DNA of 64,000 nt, taken from the NCBI GenBank assembly GCA_964016885.1, contig OZ024743.1:118978001-119042000 (forward strand). Reading direction: 5' to 3'. Shown one piece after another: positions 17,878-32,141 of the stretch (its first letter is position 1; each line of letters starts with the position of its first letter). This DNA is from Eledone cirrhosa (taxonomy: Eukaryota). Below the pieces are notes generated by a model that was given only the letters and a program-made list of their open reading frames with translations, was not told the DNA's origin and ran no database searches. A program made the position numbers and the translations under genes.

Positions 17878-17882
<5 letters not shown>
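17691..17882 (-). mobile_element. 'Hairpin + tail' element, copy 2
   Basis: Same tail in reverse orientation (17691-17764), hairpin 17765-17882, (TA)n on both sides. Confidence 0.8.
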
Positions 17883-17938
<56 letters not shown>

Positions 17939-17943
<5 letters not shown>

Positions 17944-18142
17944 CAGAGTTGACATTGCACTCAGTGCTCCTTTGGGAGCCCCTACATGGACACACTAGAA
18001 GAGGAAGACCAAGGTTAACATATGTTGATGCCCTAAGGACAGACACTGGTCTGTTGGAGATGCAGGATATGGCAGCGATAATGAGGGACAGAGGCCGCTG
18101 GAGAGAACTCGTCCATGGATCTCGGGAATTTTACCCGCCTTA
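17939..18142 (+). mobile_element. RTE-like LINE 3' end (family B), 5'-truncated, next to (TA)n, with a (TAGA)n tail
   Basis: HPELTLHSVLLWEPLHGHTRRGRPRLTYVDALRTDTG...RDRGRWRELV*. Near-identical to 44690-44893. Confidence 0.85.
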
Positions 18143-18199
18143 GATAGATAGATAGATAGATAGATATACGTGTGTGTGTAAACCCATACGTTTATGTTT

Positions 18200-18500
18200 T
18201 TATTTTGCAATATTCGTGAGGTGAAATTGTGTGTTGAAGCAGATATTGTTATATTGGAGGATGCTCACGTTGGCAAAAATGACAAACATACGCACTATTC
18301 GGTTTATATTTCAACTTGCTCATTAGTTATTAGTTATGACCTCCTCAATGACTATTTGTTCTTCTTACCTATGTCACCTCATCTTCCTGCTCCTATTTGG
18401 TTTCCTCAAACTTCTGCGCATGCGTTTTATTCTGTGACTGTGTGTTAGATTTTATTGGCAATTTTGGCAACATGTCCATCCCCAAATATAATATATATAT
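18200..18500 (-). mobile_element. Diverged solo pseudo-LTR related to the 10-12 kb PLE, with a short inverted terminal copy
   Basis: 18211-18290 (gtgaaattgtgtgttgaagcagatattgttatattggaggatgctcacgttggcaa) aligns with 10115-10180. It has the same TGCGCATGCG motif (about 18415-18424) and a decayed hammerhead core (minus strand agtca-ttgagga-ggtca, 18336-18354). 18455-18500 is an imperfect inverted copy of 18241-18288. Confidence 0.7.
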
Positions 18501-20382
18501 TCACACATATATACCCATGGCTGTTCATGTTTCCATTATTATGTGAATATGTACATGTTTGTGCTCTTGTATATGTATGTATGGGCTCTTGCGTGTGAGT
18601 GTCACTATGTGGGCGTATGTATGAGCTGTAATATGTATACGAATAGAGCTGGATTGAAAACGGCGAAAGGAGATTCATACGCATACGAAGACACCTAATT
18701 ACAGTGTTTTAATATTATACAGTGTACATTTATTAATATATACACACGCACATTCTTCCTTCCGATGTTCTCTCTCACACAGACGTGCGTGCACACACAC
18801 GGGCACACATAGTTACATTCGCACCCACAAACACAGGCACACATATTTACATTCACACACACCAACATAAGCACACATAGTTACATTCACACGCACAAAC
18901 ACTTGCTCTCTTTCTCTGACAAACACACACACACATACATACACACAAGCATACACGCGTAGGCAAACATGTCCTGCCCGCCTCTCATTGAACACACCAT
19001 ACAAATATGAAAATCACGGTCTAATCTCAACTTCTCGCCTCCCGCTGTCAGAGCTTGCCAATCACGTCCACGAGATGTGGTCGCGTTAATACAATAACAA
19101 GGCGACTGAATTAGATGCTGCTTATTTAATTTGCTTTCTAAAGGATGAGATGAGGTTGGCAACAATAAAAACATGGTGGATTTATTGCATTCATTGGTGA
19201 CTCTCTTGTTTAACAATCAATGTATGCCGCATTTCTGAGAGTCTATGTGTATGTGTAAGATTTGTATGCGTGCGTTTGTCTCTTTTTGTAGGATAAGGTT
19301 GTGCCAACTCATTGTTTGTACATCTGTATTTGTGAATATGCAGGCAGTCAGTTATGTGTATAAAGTTATATGCATGTGTATATGTTTAGATGTCCACGTA
19401 TGTGTATGTGCCTAACACTGTTATTCTTTAAATGCGTTTGTGACTTTGTTTTATTATGTATGGTAGAGTTGTGCCATAAATATGTGTGTATGAATGCATT
19501 TGGGTCGCCATGTTGTGTATGTTTGTTCCAGTTCATTTCATATGTATAATTGTGAATATATGCGAACATGCCTTCAATTATGTGTGTGTGTATGAGATAT
19601 AAGTGTGCATATATATTCCACTCTGTGTTTCTCTGTATGCGTTTGTGAATTTCTGTCTTTCTATAGAGAAATAGCCTATTTGTGTACAGTTATGTGTCCA
19701 TTGTACTTGTATGTGTATATATATATATATTTACAAGAATGTATTTGTGCATATTATTTGTGTTTCACACACCAAACACATCCCTTATACCTCTATCTCT
19801 TATATAGTCATATGCATATGTGTCAAGCCTAGATAGTTGATTTCATTCACAAACATATATACTCACACAATAAAAAATCATACACATGCAATCATACATA
19901 CTAACACACCTACATACACTGATACACTTATACACACTCAAAATATGTAGGAAAAATATATAAACCAAACACACAAAAAAAAAAAAGAATAAGAAAAAGC
20001 GTAATAAAATAAGTAGCAACTCTTAATGACATTATTCAATGATATGTATATGTCCTTGTCTAGTGAGGGAGAGGGGAAAGAGAGAGATCAGATCCACATA
20101 GAGTAACTTAACCTCTGTGGCGAGCGAAGACTCCAGGGAGGGTATATGTCCCCAACAGCTCCAATGTTAACACAGTTAACAGTTTCCTCCCTATCACTAC
20201 CGAGGGACCGAGGGAATATTTTTCATCCTTAACAGAGATTGTATGCAATAATAGCTAACCTTTAGCAATCCACTCTCGCCTATCAACAACAACTAACAAT
20301 AACACACAAATGATAAAAAGATGTGTGGTGATAGGAATTATGATAATGTAAAGTAATTGAAGAGGAAAACAAATCAGAGATA

Positions 20383-20462
<80 letters not shown>

Positions 20463-20463
20463 C

Positions 20464-20521
<58 letters not shown>

Positions 20522-20530
20522 ACAGCAGCA
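20383..20530. repeat. (AGC)n/(AGT)n microsatellite
   Basis: Read directly. Confidence 0.97.
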
Positions 20531-20751
20531 CTGATTGCAGAATGTAATGGCTGCAGGAGAAAATATATTCTTGTACTATACTACCTCCAATCATACATTC
20601 TATTGGGACTCATAGTATGTATGTGTTAGCAGTTTAACTTGTCCACACATTACCATTGGTTTCATTAGAAGTGTACACAAAGACATCTAATATCATAGTA
20701 ATGAGAACTGTCACACATACATTGCTATCCCCTTCCACTCAATTACATATG

Positions 20752-20868
<117 letters not shown>

Positions 20869-20903
20869 CGAGATAGATAGGTAGAATATATATATATTAT
20901 ATT

Positions 20904-21079
20904 GATTGGCAGGGTCGGACGCCATGCTTTGCTTTGACGCATAGAGTTACGGCCCTTGCCATTCTGAGTTCAAATCCCGCCAAGGTTAACTTTGCCTTTC
21001 ATCCTTACGGGGTCGATAAAATATATTACCAGTAATGCACTGGGTATTTGCTGGCTTTGTGCCTAACATAGAAACAATT
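20904..21079 (+). mobile_element. SINE family 1
   Basis: Same B box, core and 3' end as the 2960 copy. Confidence 0.9.
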
Positions 21080-21101
21080 TTATATATATATATATATATA
21101 T

Positions 21102-21237
<136 letters not shown>

Positions 21238-21780
21238 GGAGCAAGCTTGCGAGAGTCAGAAACTAAATAGTAGCGGAGGAAGAGAGGCAGTGGCAGTAAA
21301 AGTAAATGAAAGGTCGTCGAAGATAAAAATAGAGGTGGAAAAGAGGAGGAGGCATAGAAAAGATTAAAACTATAGAAAGGGAGCCAAGGGGTAAAATGAG
21401 GAGGAGCTAGGAGGAGGAGGAGAATAAGAAGTGAATAAAGAGTTAATGAGTGGAGGACTGAAAAGGCAGAATGACGAAGACAGAGAAATAAAAATATATA
21501 AAAAGATATAAGAAACAAACACAGAAAGAGAGATAGAGAGTAAAGAGGAGGTGCAAAAAGGTCGAAGGGTAAAGGAAGGGGGACGATTACCTTAACAAAT
21601 GAATGCAGAGAATGAAAAGTTGAACAAATGATAATTCTATTAATGTTATCGGGAATGGCTGCAGAAATAGTAGCCATGGCTTCTAGTGCTGACAGGCCAG
21701 TCAGTGAGCTTCATCATGGCCATCTAGCCTACTAGAAACAGTAGACAGATCTCCCTCAATGCACTCTTATCAGTTTAATG

Positions 21781-21962
21781 ATTTCTAGTATAAGGCCAGT
21801 CATTTGTAGCGGAGGGGTAACTCGATTAAATCGACCCCAGTACATTACTGGTACTTTATTTTATTCACCCCGTAAGGATGAAAAGCAAAGCTAACCTTGG
21901 CGGGATTTGAACTCAGATCATAAAGGGACGTAACTCTATACAGCAAAGCATGGTATCCGGCA
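21781..21962 (-). mobile_element. SINE family 1
   Basis: Reverse complement of the core (ctggtactttatttt..ccccgtaaggatgaaa) and of the B box (ggatttgaactc). Confidence 0.88.
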
Positions 21963-22772
21963 TCATTTTAATGGTTTATTGATAGCTCTAGTAGCGACCG
22001 TGTTGGTGATATAGCTGTAATTTTATGCTTGTCATACGTGGAGTGGTGAAAAACGGAAATGATGAAGTGGGCAATGTTGTTATGGCAATTGTGGTGATGA
22101 TGGAGTGGTGATGTTGTTGAAGAGGGTCTTGTGGTAACTGCCAAGATAGTTGTGAGACTGTTGGTGGACAAAGCATGTGTGTTGGTGGTAGTGCTGGTGG
22201 TGATTGGTGTAATGGTGATATGGTGATGTTGATGATGATAATAGTGGTTGTCGAATGACGATCGTAAAGTGATGAATATGATGGTTGGGTGGTTATGCTG
22301 AGAGAGTTGGTATAAAGATAGTGTGGTGACATAGTGTTGGTGGTGTTAGACAAGTTGATAAGTATAGTACCAGTAATGGTGAATAAGTGGTTATGTCGGT
22401 AGAGTGGGTATGATAATGGTATGGCTATATTGGTAGAACAAGTGCAGTTTAATAGTTGGTGGAAGTGTAGTGATGATGTAGAAAGTGATAGTGGTGTGTT
22501 GGCGTTTATAGCAATGGTATTGTTGGTGGCAATCACACCTCCAGTGTTTTGAGAGTTAAAGTTGTTGTTTTAATTATTAAGGTTGGTTGTAAGAGCGGCG
22601 GTGAAGATAGTGGTGTTAACAGTAGTAGTTCAAGAGAAGGTAAGGTTTGAAGTACACTTGCAGCAGTGATATGCTAGTAGTTGTTGTTCTGATGAATTAA
22701 ATAATGATGCCACTGACCCTAAACGACAGGGAATGTGAAAGACGAAAAACAGCAATAACAAATGTAACTCAA

Positions 22773-22908
<136 letters not shown>

Positions 22909-23276
22909 TGAGGGGAGCAATAAACGTGAATGAGGTCCAAATATTAAACTAGAAATATATTTCCATAGTAGCATTGAAATAATTAAGTACTTGTCGAAAC
23001 AACAACACAGAATTATATATATATATATATATACACTTTTTGTGTTGATTCATTGTGCTTTCGTGTCGTTACTACAACATTAATTAAATTTATTTTTGCT
23101 TAATCTAATAATAGAGAAATTAATTGGTTGCTACATTTTTTTTTTAATATTTCGGTCGTTGTTATTTTATTTATTGATTTTTTTTATTTAACATCCCTAA
23201 GCTCCTTTATACGAGAAGTATGGGGTGGAGTGAAAAATATTATTTCACTTATAGATTAGCAGCAACGATGTGTTCA

Positions 23277-23321
<45 letters not shown>

Positions 23322-23672
23322 CTTAAAAGTATCAACGGCTTTAGAAAGAAATTCAAAATACTTGCATTTTGACATGTACAAATATATATATATTTGAACT
23401 ATGTATATACAAATTACAATCATATGTGCACTTGGTACTGTAATTTTAAATTTACATAGAGGCTAAGAAATTTTAATATATTCTAGAGAAGAACAAACCA
23501 AATTGACTCACATCCTCCAACGCAATATTTAGCAGTGTAGTGAAAATTTGCAATATAAATCCAAGGTTGAGTTTTGGAGAGTCAACACACACAAACATAT
23601 GAGTGTGTGTAGCTGTATGTATGAACATGAGTATACATACACATATATAGATATATATACATACATACATAT

Positions 23673-23684
<12 letters not shown>

Positions 23685-23703
<19 letters not shown>

Positions 23704-23731
23704 ATTATATATATATATATATATATATAAT

Positions 23732-23780
<49 letters not shown>

Positions 23781-23854
23781 ATTATATATATATATATATA
23801 TAATTATATATATATATATATATATATATAATTATATATATATATATATATATA

Positions 23855-23892
<38 letters not shown>

Positions 23893-23912
23893 TATATATA
23901 TATATATATATA

Positions 23913-23952
<40 letters not shown>

Positions 23953-23972
23953 TATATATATATATATATATA

Positions 23973-24024
<52 letters not shown>

Positions 24025-24081
24025 TATATATATATATATATATAATTATATATATATATATATATAATTATATATATATAT
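23685..24081. repeat. (TA)n array with recurrent TATAATTATA phase shifts
   Basis: Read directly. Confidence 0.95.
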
Positions 24082-24258
24082 CAAAATTATGCAAACAAAC
24101 TAATCGAAGAGGAGAGATAAGTGATTAGTTATGAGAATTATATGTCAGTATTGAGGGGGACAGTGTGCTCAATGCGTATCAGATGCAAGACAAGCGAACA
24201 TTGCGGGTAAGACTGAGGAATAATGTAAAGCAAAAAACTGTATAAGCAGAGCTTCAAT

Positions 24259-26443
24259 ACAGAAATTAAATGTTAGAGAAAACAATATCAAATTCTTGAA
24301 CAAATATATTTAATGACTGACAATTGTTTCGGGAATCATATCAGTATTCTTCACATACAGATGATAATTATCGATTATAAAATCGATAATCTGGCAATTT
24401 ACCCCCTACACAAGCTAAAGGAGAATTTAACCTCTCTGCAAGGAGACTTATACAGAAACGATGCTCTATTTACTGTAGATAACTTTAACGTACGTACAAT
24501 CGAGATTCTTAAGAAGTATTTGCATAATTTTTTTTTAAAAGCTTTGGTCTTTCTATCACAATTGAGCCTAACCATAAGGTACTCAATTTCCTTGACGCTA
24601 CTTTAGACTTTGATACAGGACTCTAACGTCCTTATCATAAACCTGGTGAAATCTTAACTAATAGTCTTTCCAATCCTCTATTCTTAAATCTATTGTAATG
24701 TCTATTTCACATAGAATCTCTAGGCTCTCTGCAAATGAGAACATATTTAGCGAAATAACGTGGTACTATAATGAGGCTCTTTCTAAATCAGGCTACAAGG
24801 ATAAGATTCATTACATACCTGCTGCTCTATCCACCCATGGATTAAATAATAATAATGTAATTGCACAGAGTTGTCTCTCTAGTAATAATAGATTTAAAAA
24901 CACTAATGGAAAGAACCGGTCTCCATATAGTGGTTTCCAACTTACTCTTAGCAATGAGTTCAGGATTATTTCTAATAGACACCTTAACCAAAAGCCTTCC
25001 TGTAATACTAAGAATTCACGCACTACTCCACGCGGAAATAGGTCTCATAATCCGTCCTGGTTTAATCCTCCGTTCTCCTATAATATAATATAACGTCTAA
25101 CCTCCCTAAAAGTTCTTCTCCATCTTACGCAACAATTTCCCTCCTAGCCATAAGTACTATAAATTATTTAACAAAAATGGCTGATTATATTGCTTTTAGT
25201 AGCCATAAGAAACATAGTGCCTCTCTTTCTGTTAACTTACCTCTGCCACTTAACCCTTTATATACGAATAATTCTAACATTAATAGTTATTCTTTTAACC
25301 CTCCTATCACCTCACCGTCGTATGATATGCCTACCAATTCTATACGTTTACCTACAATCTCTACCTCCTCAAACCGTAACTGTAAAAATCCTAACAACGG
25401 CCCTGTGAATGGTTAATGTCTTACTAATAGGGTAGTAAATAGATGCACTGTTAAAACCCATAATTTTTTCTACTTTAGGCACAAGGCCAGTAATTAACCA
25501 GTGCATTACTGGTACTTTATTTTATCAACCCCGTAAGGATATAAAGGCAACGTCAACCTCGGCAGGATTTGAACTCAGATCGTAAAGAGACGTAACTATG
25601 CTGGAAAGCATGGCGTCCGACCCTCTACTGATACTGCCAATCCACCGCCCCTAAAACCCATAATGACACTAGAACGTACATTGGAGCTACTGCTAATCCT
25701 TTCAAGACTCATTTTAATTCTCATAGACATTAATTTACGAATAGAAATTTTAAATGTTCTACTTCTTTAGCCAGACATATAAACACATTAAAACTCTCTA
25801 ATATTGAATACTCTTTATTCTGGGATTTCTTAGCTAAATTCTCTCCTTACAAAGGTTGTGAAGGGCATTGTGATCTCTGTTTATTGGAAGCCTTATTTCA
25901 TAACTATGTCTAAACCCAGCCCAATGAATGGTCGCAACGAGATTGTAATTAATTGCCATCATCGTTTGGCATACTCGTTCGCTAACAGGGATTTTGATTC
26001 CAATTAGATTCTGTTAGAAGAATTGACTATTTTTCTTTCCCTTTTTTTACTATTCCTTTTTAACCCACTACTCCTTCACATTCACATTTTAACCTTCACA
26101 TTTTAACTAGTTCAAATTTTCTTCCTAATTAATTTATATCCTATTTTTTTCTTTTTTAATATTTTATTTTTACCCATGCTATATTAATGCTATTTCTTTT
26201 TTCTTTTTACTTCCACTTATATTATTTTAATTTATAACCCTGATTCCGTGTCCCCTATACTCCTTTTAACTCACGCATTTTTACAATTATTTATAATACA
26301 CTTCCTATAATATCTATATTATTTCTATTTATTATTTCTATTTTAATATTAACTAAAACTACTTTGGCCTTTCTCCAGCTTTTATACACTCTATATTTGT
26401 TCAAGAATTTGGTATTGTTTTCTCTAACATTTAATTCCTCTGT
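24259..26443 (+). mobile_element. Decayed Penelope-like element (WFNPPFS type, possibly Hydra clade) with about 50-bp inverted ends and a nested SINE
   Basis: Frameshifted peptides: RPYHKPGE, SISHRISRLSANENIF..YYNEALSKSGY, SWFNPPFSYNI, HKYYKLFNKN, RCTVKTHN/DTRTYIGATANPFK (GIY-YIG), CDLCLLEALFI, RNEIVINCHHR. 24259-24308 is the reverse complement of 26392-26443. The element ends next to (TG)/(TA)n. Confidence 0.85.
25465..25651 (-). mobile_element. Full-length SINE family 1 with a 13-bp TSD, nested in the PLE endonuclease region
   Basis: TAAAACCCATAAT at 25452-25464 and 25652-25664. A-box-like TGGCAGTATCAG, B box and core are all present. Confidence 0.93.
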
Positions 26444-26452
26444 GTGTGTGTG

Positions 26453-26549
<97 letters not shown>

Positions 26550-26889
26550 ATGGGAGAGAGAGGGAGAGAATATGTGTGTATGTAGAGAGGGATGCGTGGA
26601 TGTATATTAATATATGTCAACATTTTGAAGAATTCCAGATCAAAGAGTTTTGTAACTCCTTTGAATTCAAACGCATCATCTACATATTGTATCACAAAGC
26701 TACACACCTGTTACTTATATTTCACGATCAAACATATTATTTAGAATATATATTTCATTGAATTTTTGCAACTTCTATATTGAAAGGTTATCTGATAATC
26801 ATGACAAAAGCACAAATATTCCGACAGCATATAACATTAAACTGAAATATATTTTTATCAACTTCCAGGATATCACACCTTCAGGAAAG

Positions 26890-26940
<51 letters not shown>

Positions 26941-27884
26941 TATATATACATACATATATACATATATATATATATACATACATAAATAAATATATATATA
27001 TATATATATTTACATATATATAAATAAATAATTAAATAAATATATATATATACATATATATAAATAAGTAAATAAACATATATATATACACACACACATA
27101 TATATATATAAATATACATATATGCATACATATAAATATATACATATATACATATATATAAATATACAAATAAATATATACATATACATACACAATATAA
27201 ATATTTAAATAAATATATATATAAATATATAAAGAAATAGATAAATATATTATGTGTGTGTGTGTCTGCGCGTGCGTATTCACATACATAGAGATGTTAT
27301 TCCTGAAAGTTGTACAATCGAATGATTAATATAGGAGAAACTTCACTGACTGAACCTTAAACTACTAATCTCTATATATTGAGTACACATATGTATGTAT
27401 GTGTTCATAAATGTTTTGAATGTTTTAATACGATGTTTATACATTCACATATGTTTTCTAATCTTTATAACGGAGCACATCATAATCTGTAAATAGAATA
27501 ATATCGAAGTTCTGGGATATATATGTAAAATATATGCAAAATTGGAATGCATTATGTTTGCAAAAAATAGATACGAAATGCATAAAAATATGCTTAAATG
27601 AACAAATGCCACTTGAAAAACAACCAATATGTGTGTGTGAAGATAATGGGGGGGGGGGGGGTATATTGATAATATAAGAACTTATTTTGAAATTGAAGTA
27701 GTTCAACTATATATGTAGGGAAACTACAATGAAATCAAATGAAAGGCTTGGCAAAATACTTCAATTCCGGAATATTGTAAATGAATGAAAGTAAATAAAT
27801 GTATTATTAAGATTCAATATTTCAACGGGATCTCTGATTCTGATTCTCTCTCGTTCTCTCTCTCTCCACACACACACGTGTATA

Positions 27885-28108
<224 letters not shown>

Positions 28109-28139
28109 ACCGTTGTTTGTAGGTTTATAGGGGGAAATG

Positions 28140-28315
28140 GGTTCTGATTTGGGTACACGAACAACAATTTTGGGGATGTGAAAGTCCATTAAATTGACCC
28201 TAGTGCACCCTTGCTGCTTTATGTTACCGTCCACGTAAGGATGAAAGGCCAAGCTATCCTAGGCGGGATTTGAACTCCGGACGTAAAGGACTGTAACTAT
28301 ATGCCGCAAAATATT
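28140..28315 (-). mobile_element. SINE family 1, diverged
   Basis: cgtaaggatgaaaggc...ggcgggatttgaactc. Confidence 0.75.
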
Positions 28316-28879
28316 TTAGTAATTAATACCAAATATATAGTTATGTAAGACGCGTGTGCGTGTGTGTGTGTGGACTTCTCTCCATGTTTATGACAATGCA
28401 AACCTTTACCAACACCGCTTACGTTGATAGAAGTACTACATAGTATTAGATGAAATGGCATATAAGGAACTGCAATTGAGTTTCTGTGTACTACTATATT
28501 TACAAGCTACTGCACATGTGGCTCAAACCAATATATACACAACCACGGTTGCTGTAGGAAACGGGTTTTCTTTCCTCCCTCTATTACCACAAAAAGAAAA
28601 CTTGGTTCGACCACAGTATCTATCTGTCGATATATTGATCTACAACATTCAATCAACCCTCTGAAACGATCGTAAAACATGAACTAATTAACGTTTGTTT
28701 TATTTTTTTATATTTGTCAACATACACTCACAGTATAGGTTATTCGGTTCGTTTATTGATTAACGGAAGTGGTAACAATGTAAGCAATCGATGTTACAGC
28801 AGAATTCTCAGCCAATTATCTGATAAACACATTTAATGGTCGATATACAATAAAGACATTTTAAAATGAACTCTTGTTA

Positions 28880-30245
28880 TATCATACTTCATATATATAC
28901 ATTGCAGTTGATAAAAATTTTACTAACGCAAATTTGCTTGATGTAAAGCTAGACCTAAGCACAGCTTATATATAACATACAAAACTTTTATAAAACATAA
29001 CGAAAAATTGAAATATATTAATAAACACTCACGCCACTCTGCTGATTTTGATGTTTAAATTAGTTTCTAATATTAGTCGTAGGATCTCAATCATATCAGT
29101 AGCCATGTAGATTTTTCAATGAGGCTACTAACGTCCCTAGTGCTTTAAGGGACAAAATTACGTACACACCCAATCATTTCCAACCCAACAATACTAAAGA
29201 TACTAACTGAAAAAGAAGAATTATATGGTTCGCACTCCCTTTTGCTTAAAGTAAATAATAATGTAGGTAAGAAGTTTTTAGATTTAATAAATAGACATTT
29301 ACCACCACAACATAGATACAGTAAAATATTCAAGTACAATTCCGTCAAGATATCCTATTCGTGTGAACCGCCTATGAGAACAGAAATTACTGCAAAGAAT
29401 ATATGCGACGTAAATCCAAGCTGCTCTTGCAGCATTAAAGTAATTACACACAGCAACACAGAAAATTCTGAAGTTAGCGAAAGCTACGTAGGCATGGTGT
29501 TCGATCGTTTTAAACAACGTTTTTACATGAATCTCCACTCCTTCAGGAATCCTGATATGAGAATCAGTGCAGCTTTTGCAAAAATAGACTAGCAATTAAA
29601 GGCGAAAGAAGACCCCAATAAGATTAGTTAGAAGATACTTGAAAGATTCAATCCTTAAAACGATAGTACCAAGAGATGCCGTTTCTGTCTCTGTGAGAAA
29701 TTTAGAATATTTCAAGGCTGGTCAACTAGAAACAATATTTATTTGAATTCAAAGATCGATATTTTTAGAGGATGGTTCCATCTGAAACCCCCAACTGTTT
29801 GCTAAGTGGAAATACTCAACAAATTCGACTCATCTTTAACGGCCTTAATTTGATTAATATACTTCCGATATTTCTTTTCATAATCTTTGTCTTTCTAAAC
29901 TTACATATAACAATTCACTTTCTGTACTAATCTCCTCTACACATTGAAATTATTATTCCACCACATAATACAATACTTCTCCTCTACAATATGAACACTA
30001 ACACGTGAACGATTTTGCCTTCCAAATTTACATCTTGCAGTTATTTCCTTTTGATATAATACATTTTGGGGGAAACTAGAATTTCTAGCATGCATTAAAT
30101 CTAACGGTATCTTACAAATTCAAATAGGCTCCTGAAGATAGGTCACAATTTTTATCCGCTTGTATTCTAGAGGCGTAACGAACATTGGATCTTGAAACCT
30201 TGTGTAGCGCTTTTGTTCCATGTATGAACATAAATAAATGATATA
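28880..30245 (+). mobile_element. Decayed Penelope-like element of the same broad type as 24.3-26.4 kb
   Basis: Peptides: NLLDVKLDL, NISRRISIIS, NNVGKKFLDLINRHLPPQHRYSKIFKYNSVKISYSCEP, SYVGM..RFKQRFY..HSFRN, KRCRFCLCEK. Multiple stops and frameshifts. The 3' UTR carries a hammerhead-like motif and is followed by (TA)n. Confidence 0.85.
30128..30210 (+). ncRNA. Degenerate type I hammerhead ribozyme in a PLE 3' UTR
   Basis: gctc-CTGAAGA-taggtc...(long loop)...gatctt-GAAAC-cttgt-GTA-gcgc. The cores are intact but the stems are imperfect. The position matches a pLTR. Confidence 0.55.
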
Positions 30246-30979
30246 ATATTTATATATATATATATATATATATATGGCGGGTGCCCATAGGGATATTTTG
30301 CCAAATGTCTTATGTTATCAATTACACCACTCGAATGTGTTTCAACTCCTTTCTGCCTCTGGTCTGACTTTCTAGGACTACATTATCTGAGGTACACTAT
30401 ACATACATATTCTATGTCCGCTTCAATAATCCGTGCTGGTTGATCTAAGCAATCAACGAACTACGCTGTACATAGGTGTCAAGTATTGCATCTTCCTTCT
30501 TAGGTTTCGTATGGCATAATATGAGAGGTGCATCAACTAACTAGTCCAGATAAACAATAAATATGATAAAATGTTAATGAAAATAAGAGGAAGTATTGTT
30601 AACGGCTCAGTCCAGGATTTCATCGCATCATATGTAATTGCATCCTGGTTTTCTATATTTGTTGCCACGTTTATTTAAACACCAATGCTAATTAAATTAT
30701 AACACACCATTAATGTTAGACTTACTACAGATTTCGTTCAAATGTTTTGCAATATTTAGTTATGACCCTTTACATTTACAATTTGAATCCATTCGGATTT
30801 AAATTAGATTTTCATCAGTGCTAGGGTTAATAAAACAAGCAAGACTATTGTGATAATATATCAGCCACTATTCTCAGTCCCTAAAATATGGGATACTCCA
30901 TTGATTTGAGAAAATATGATGAACTGAATTAATGGACATAAGAACCAGTCGGAAAATTTATATTACGGCTTCACACGTA

Positions 30980-30999
30980 TATGGAAAATAATTCATATG

Positions 31000-31037
<38 letters not shown>

Positions 31038-31118
31038 CATATGAATTATTTTCCATAAATATTATTTAGGATAAAGAATACTAGAAAATCAGTTATGTTA
31101 TATTTAGACGCTCGTCGC

Positions 31119-31190
<72 letters not shown>

Positions 31191-31250
31191 GCGACGAGCG
31201 TCTAAATATAACATAACTGATTTTCTAGTATTCTTTATCCTAAATAATAT
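30980..31250. repeat. Two adjacent perfect palindromes, each centred on (TA)n (30980-31057 and 31059-31250)
   Basis: Arms 31059-31124 and 31185-31250 are exact reverse complements. Confidence 0.95.
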
Positions 31251-31572
31251 ATAGATGTCGTTATGTATGTGTATGTATATGTGTAGGTTTACGGTGACCA
31301 ACATCTTCCTTTTTTAAAAGCGGTATATTGTGTTTCGAGAGAAAATGAACCGGCCACATCAAACAGATCGACCGACCACATGCTTATTTCGCCGTAAAGG
31401 TGAACGTGAAGGAAAAACATACAGTGGATGTACCTCTTACTTGTATTGTTCAGCTTCTAATTATCTGAGGGCATTTAGCTAACACATAGATGGCCGTATT
31501 TCTGTCATTAGTATAACACCATTTTGACACGGCATACTATGCAGTTTGCAAATATTTATCCCTCTCTGTATA

Positions 31573-31709
<137 letters not shown>

Positions 31710-32106
31710 CAGAGTTACAGCTTCCTTTTATCGATTTCACTCACAAAGTATTGGAACTGAACCCGCATAAGCAACGTCCTTAAAGGTACACACATCTATA
31801 CAGATGTGTGTGTGTGTGTGTGTGTTTGTATATAATCCGCACTTCATTTTATTAGAAAAATGATTTGATCTTATGTATTTTTGTTTCCCATCTGCCATTG
31901 TCAAAGTGTACCATCTGGACGAATGTTTTCCTAATGGCAACATATGTATCAACTGTTGACCTCATGGTTGAATAATCTTTGATAAATATATTTTTTTTTT
32001 GTTTCTGGATTGTTTGTAATTATTTATTTTTTACTATTATTTTTCTTTTGCTTTTCCTTGGATGACATTTGCGGATTTGTTTAAACTCCCTACTCTGTAC
32101 CTTCTC

Positions 32107-32141
<35 letters not shown>

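Noticed and set aside
19038-19072. ER-stress element (CCAAT...CCACG)
   Set aside because: The spacing is 5 nt, not the required 9 nt.
21988-22536. 182-aa Thr/Ile/His-rich ORF
   Set aside because: Degenerate (GGT/GAT/AGT)n low-complexity sequence.
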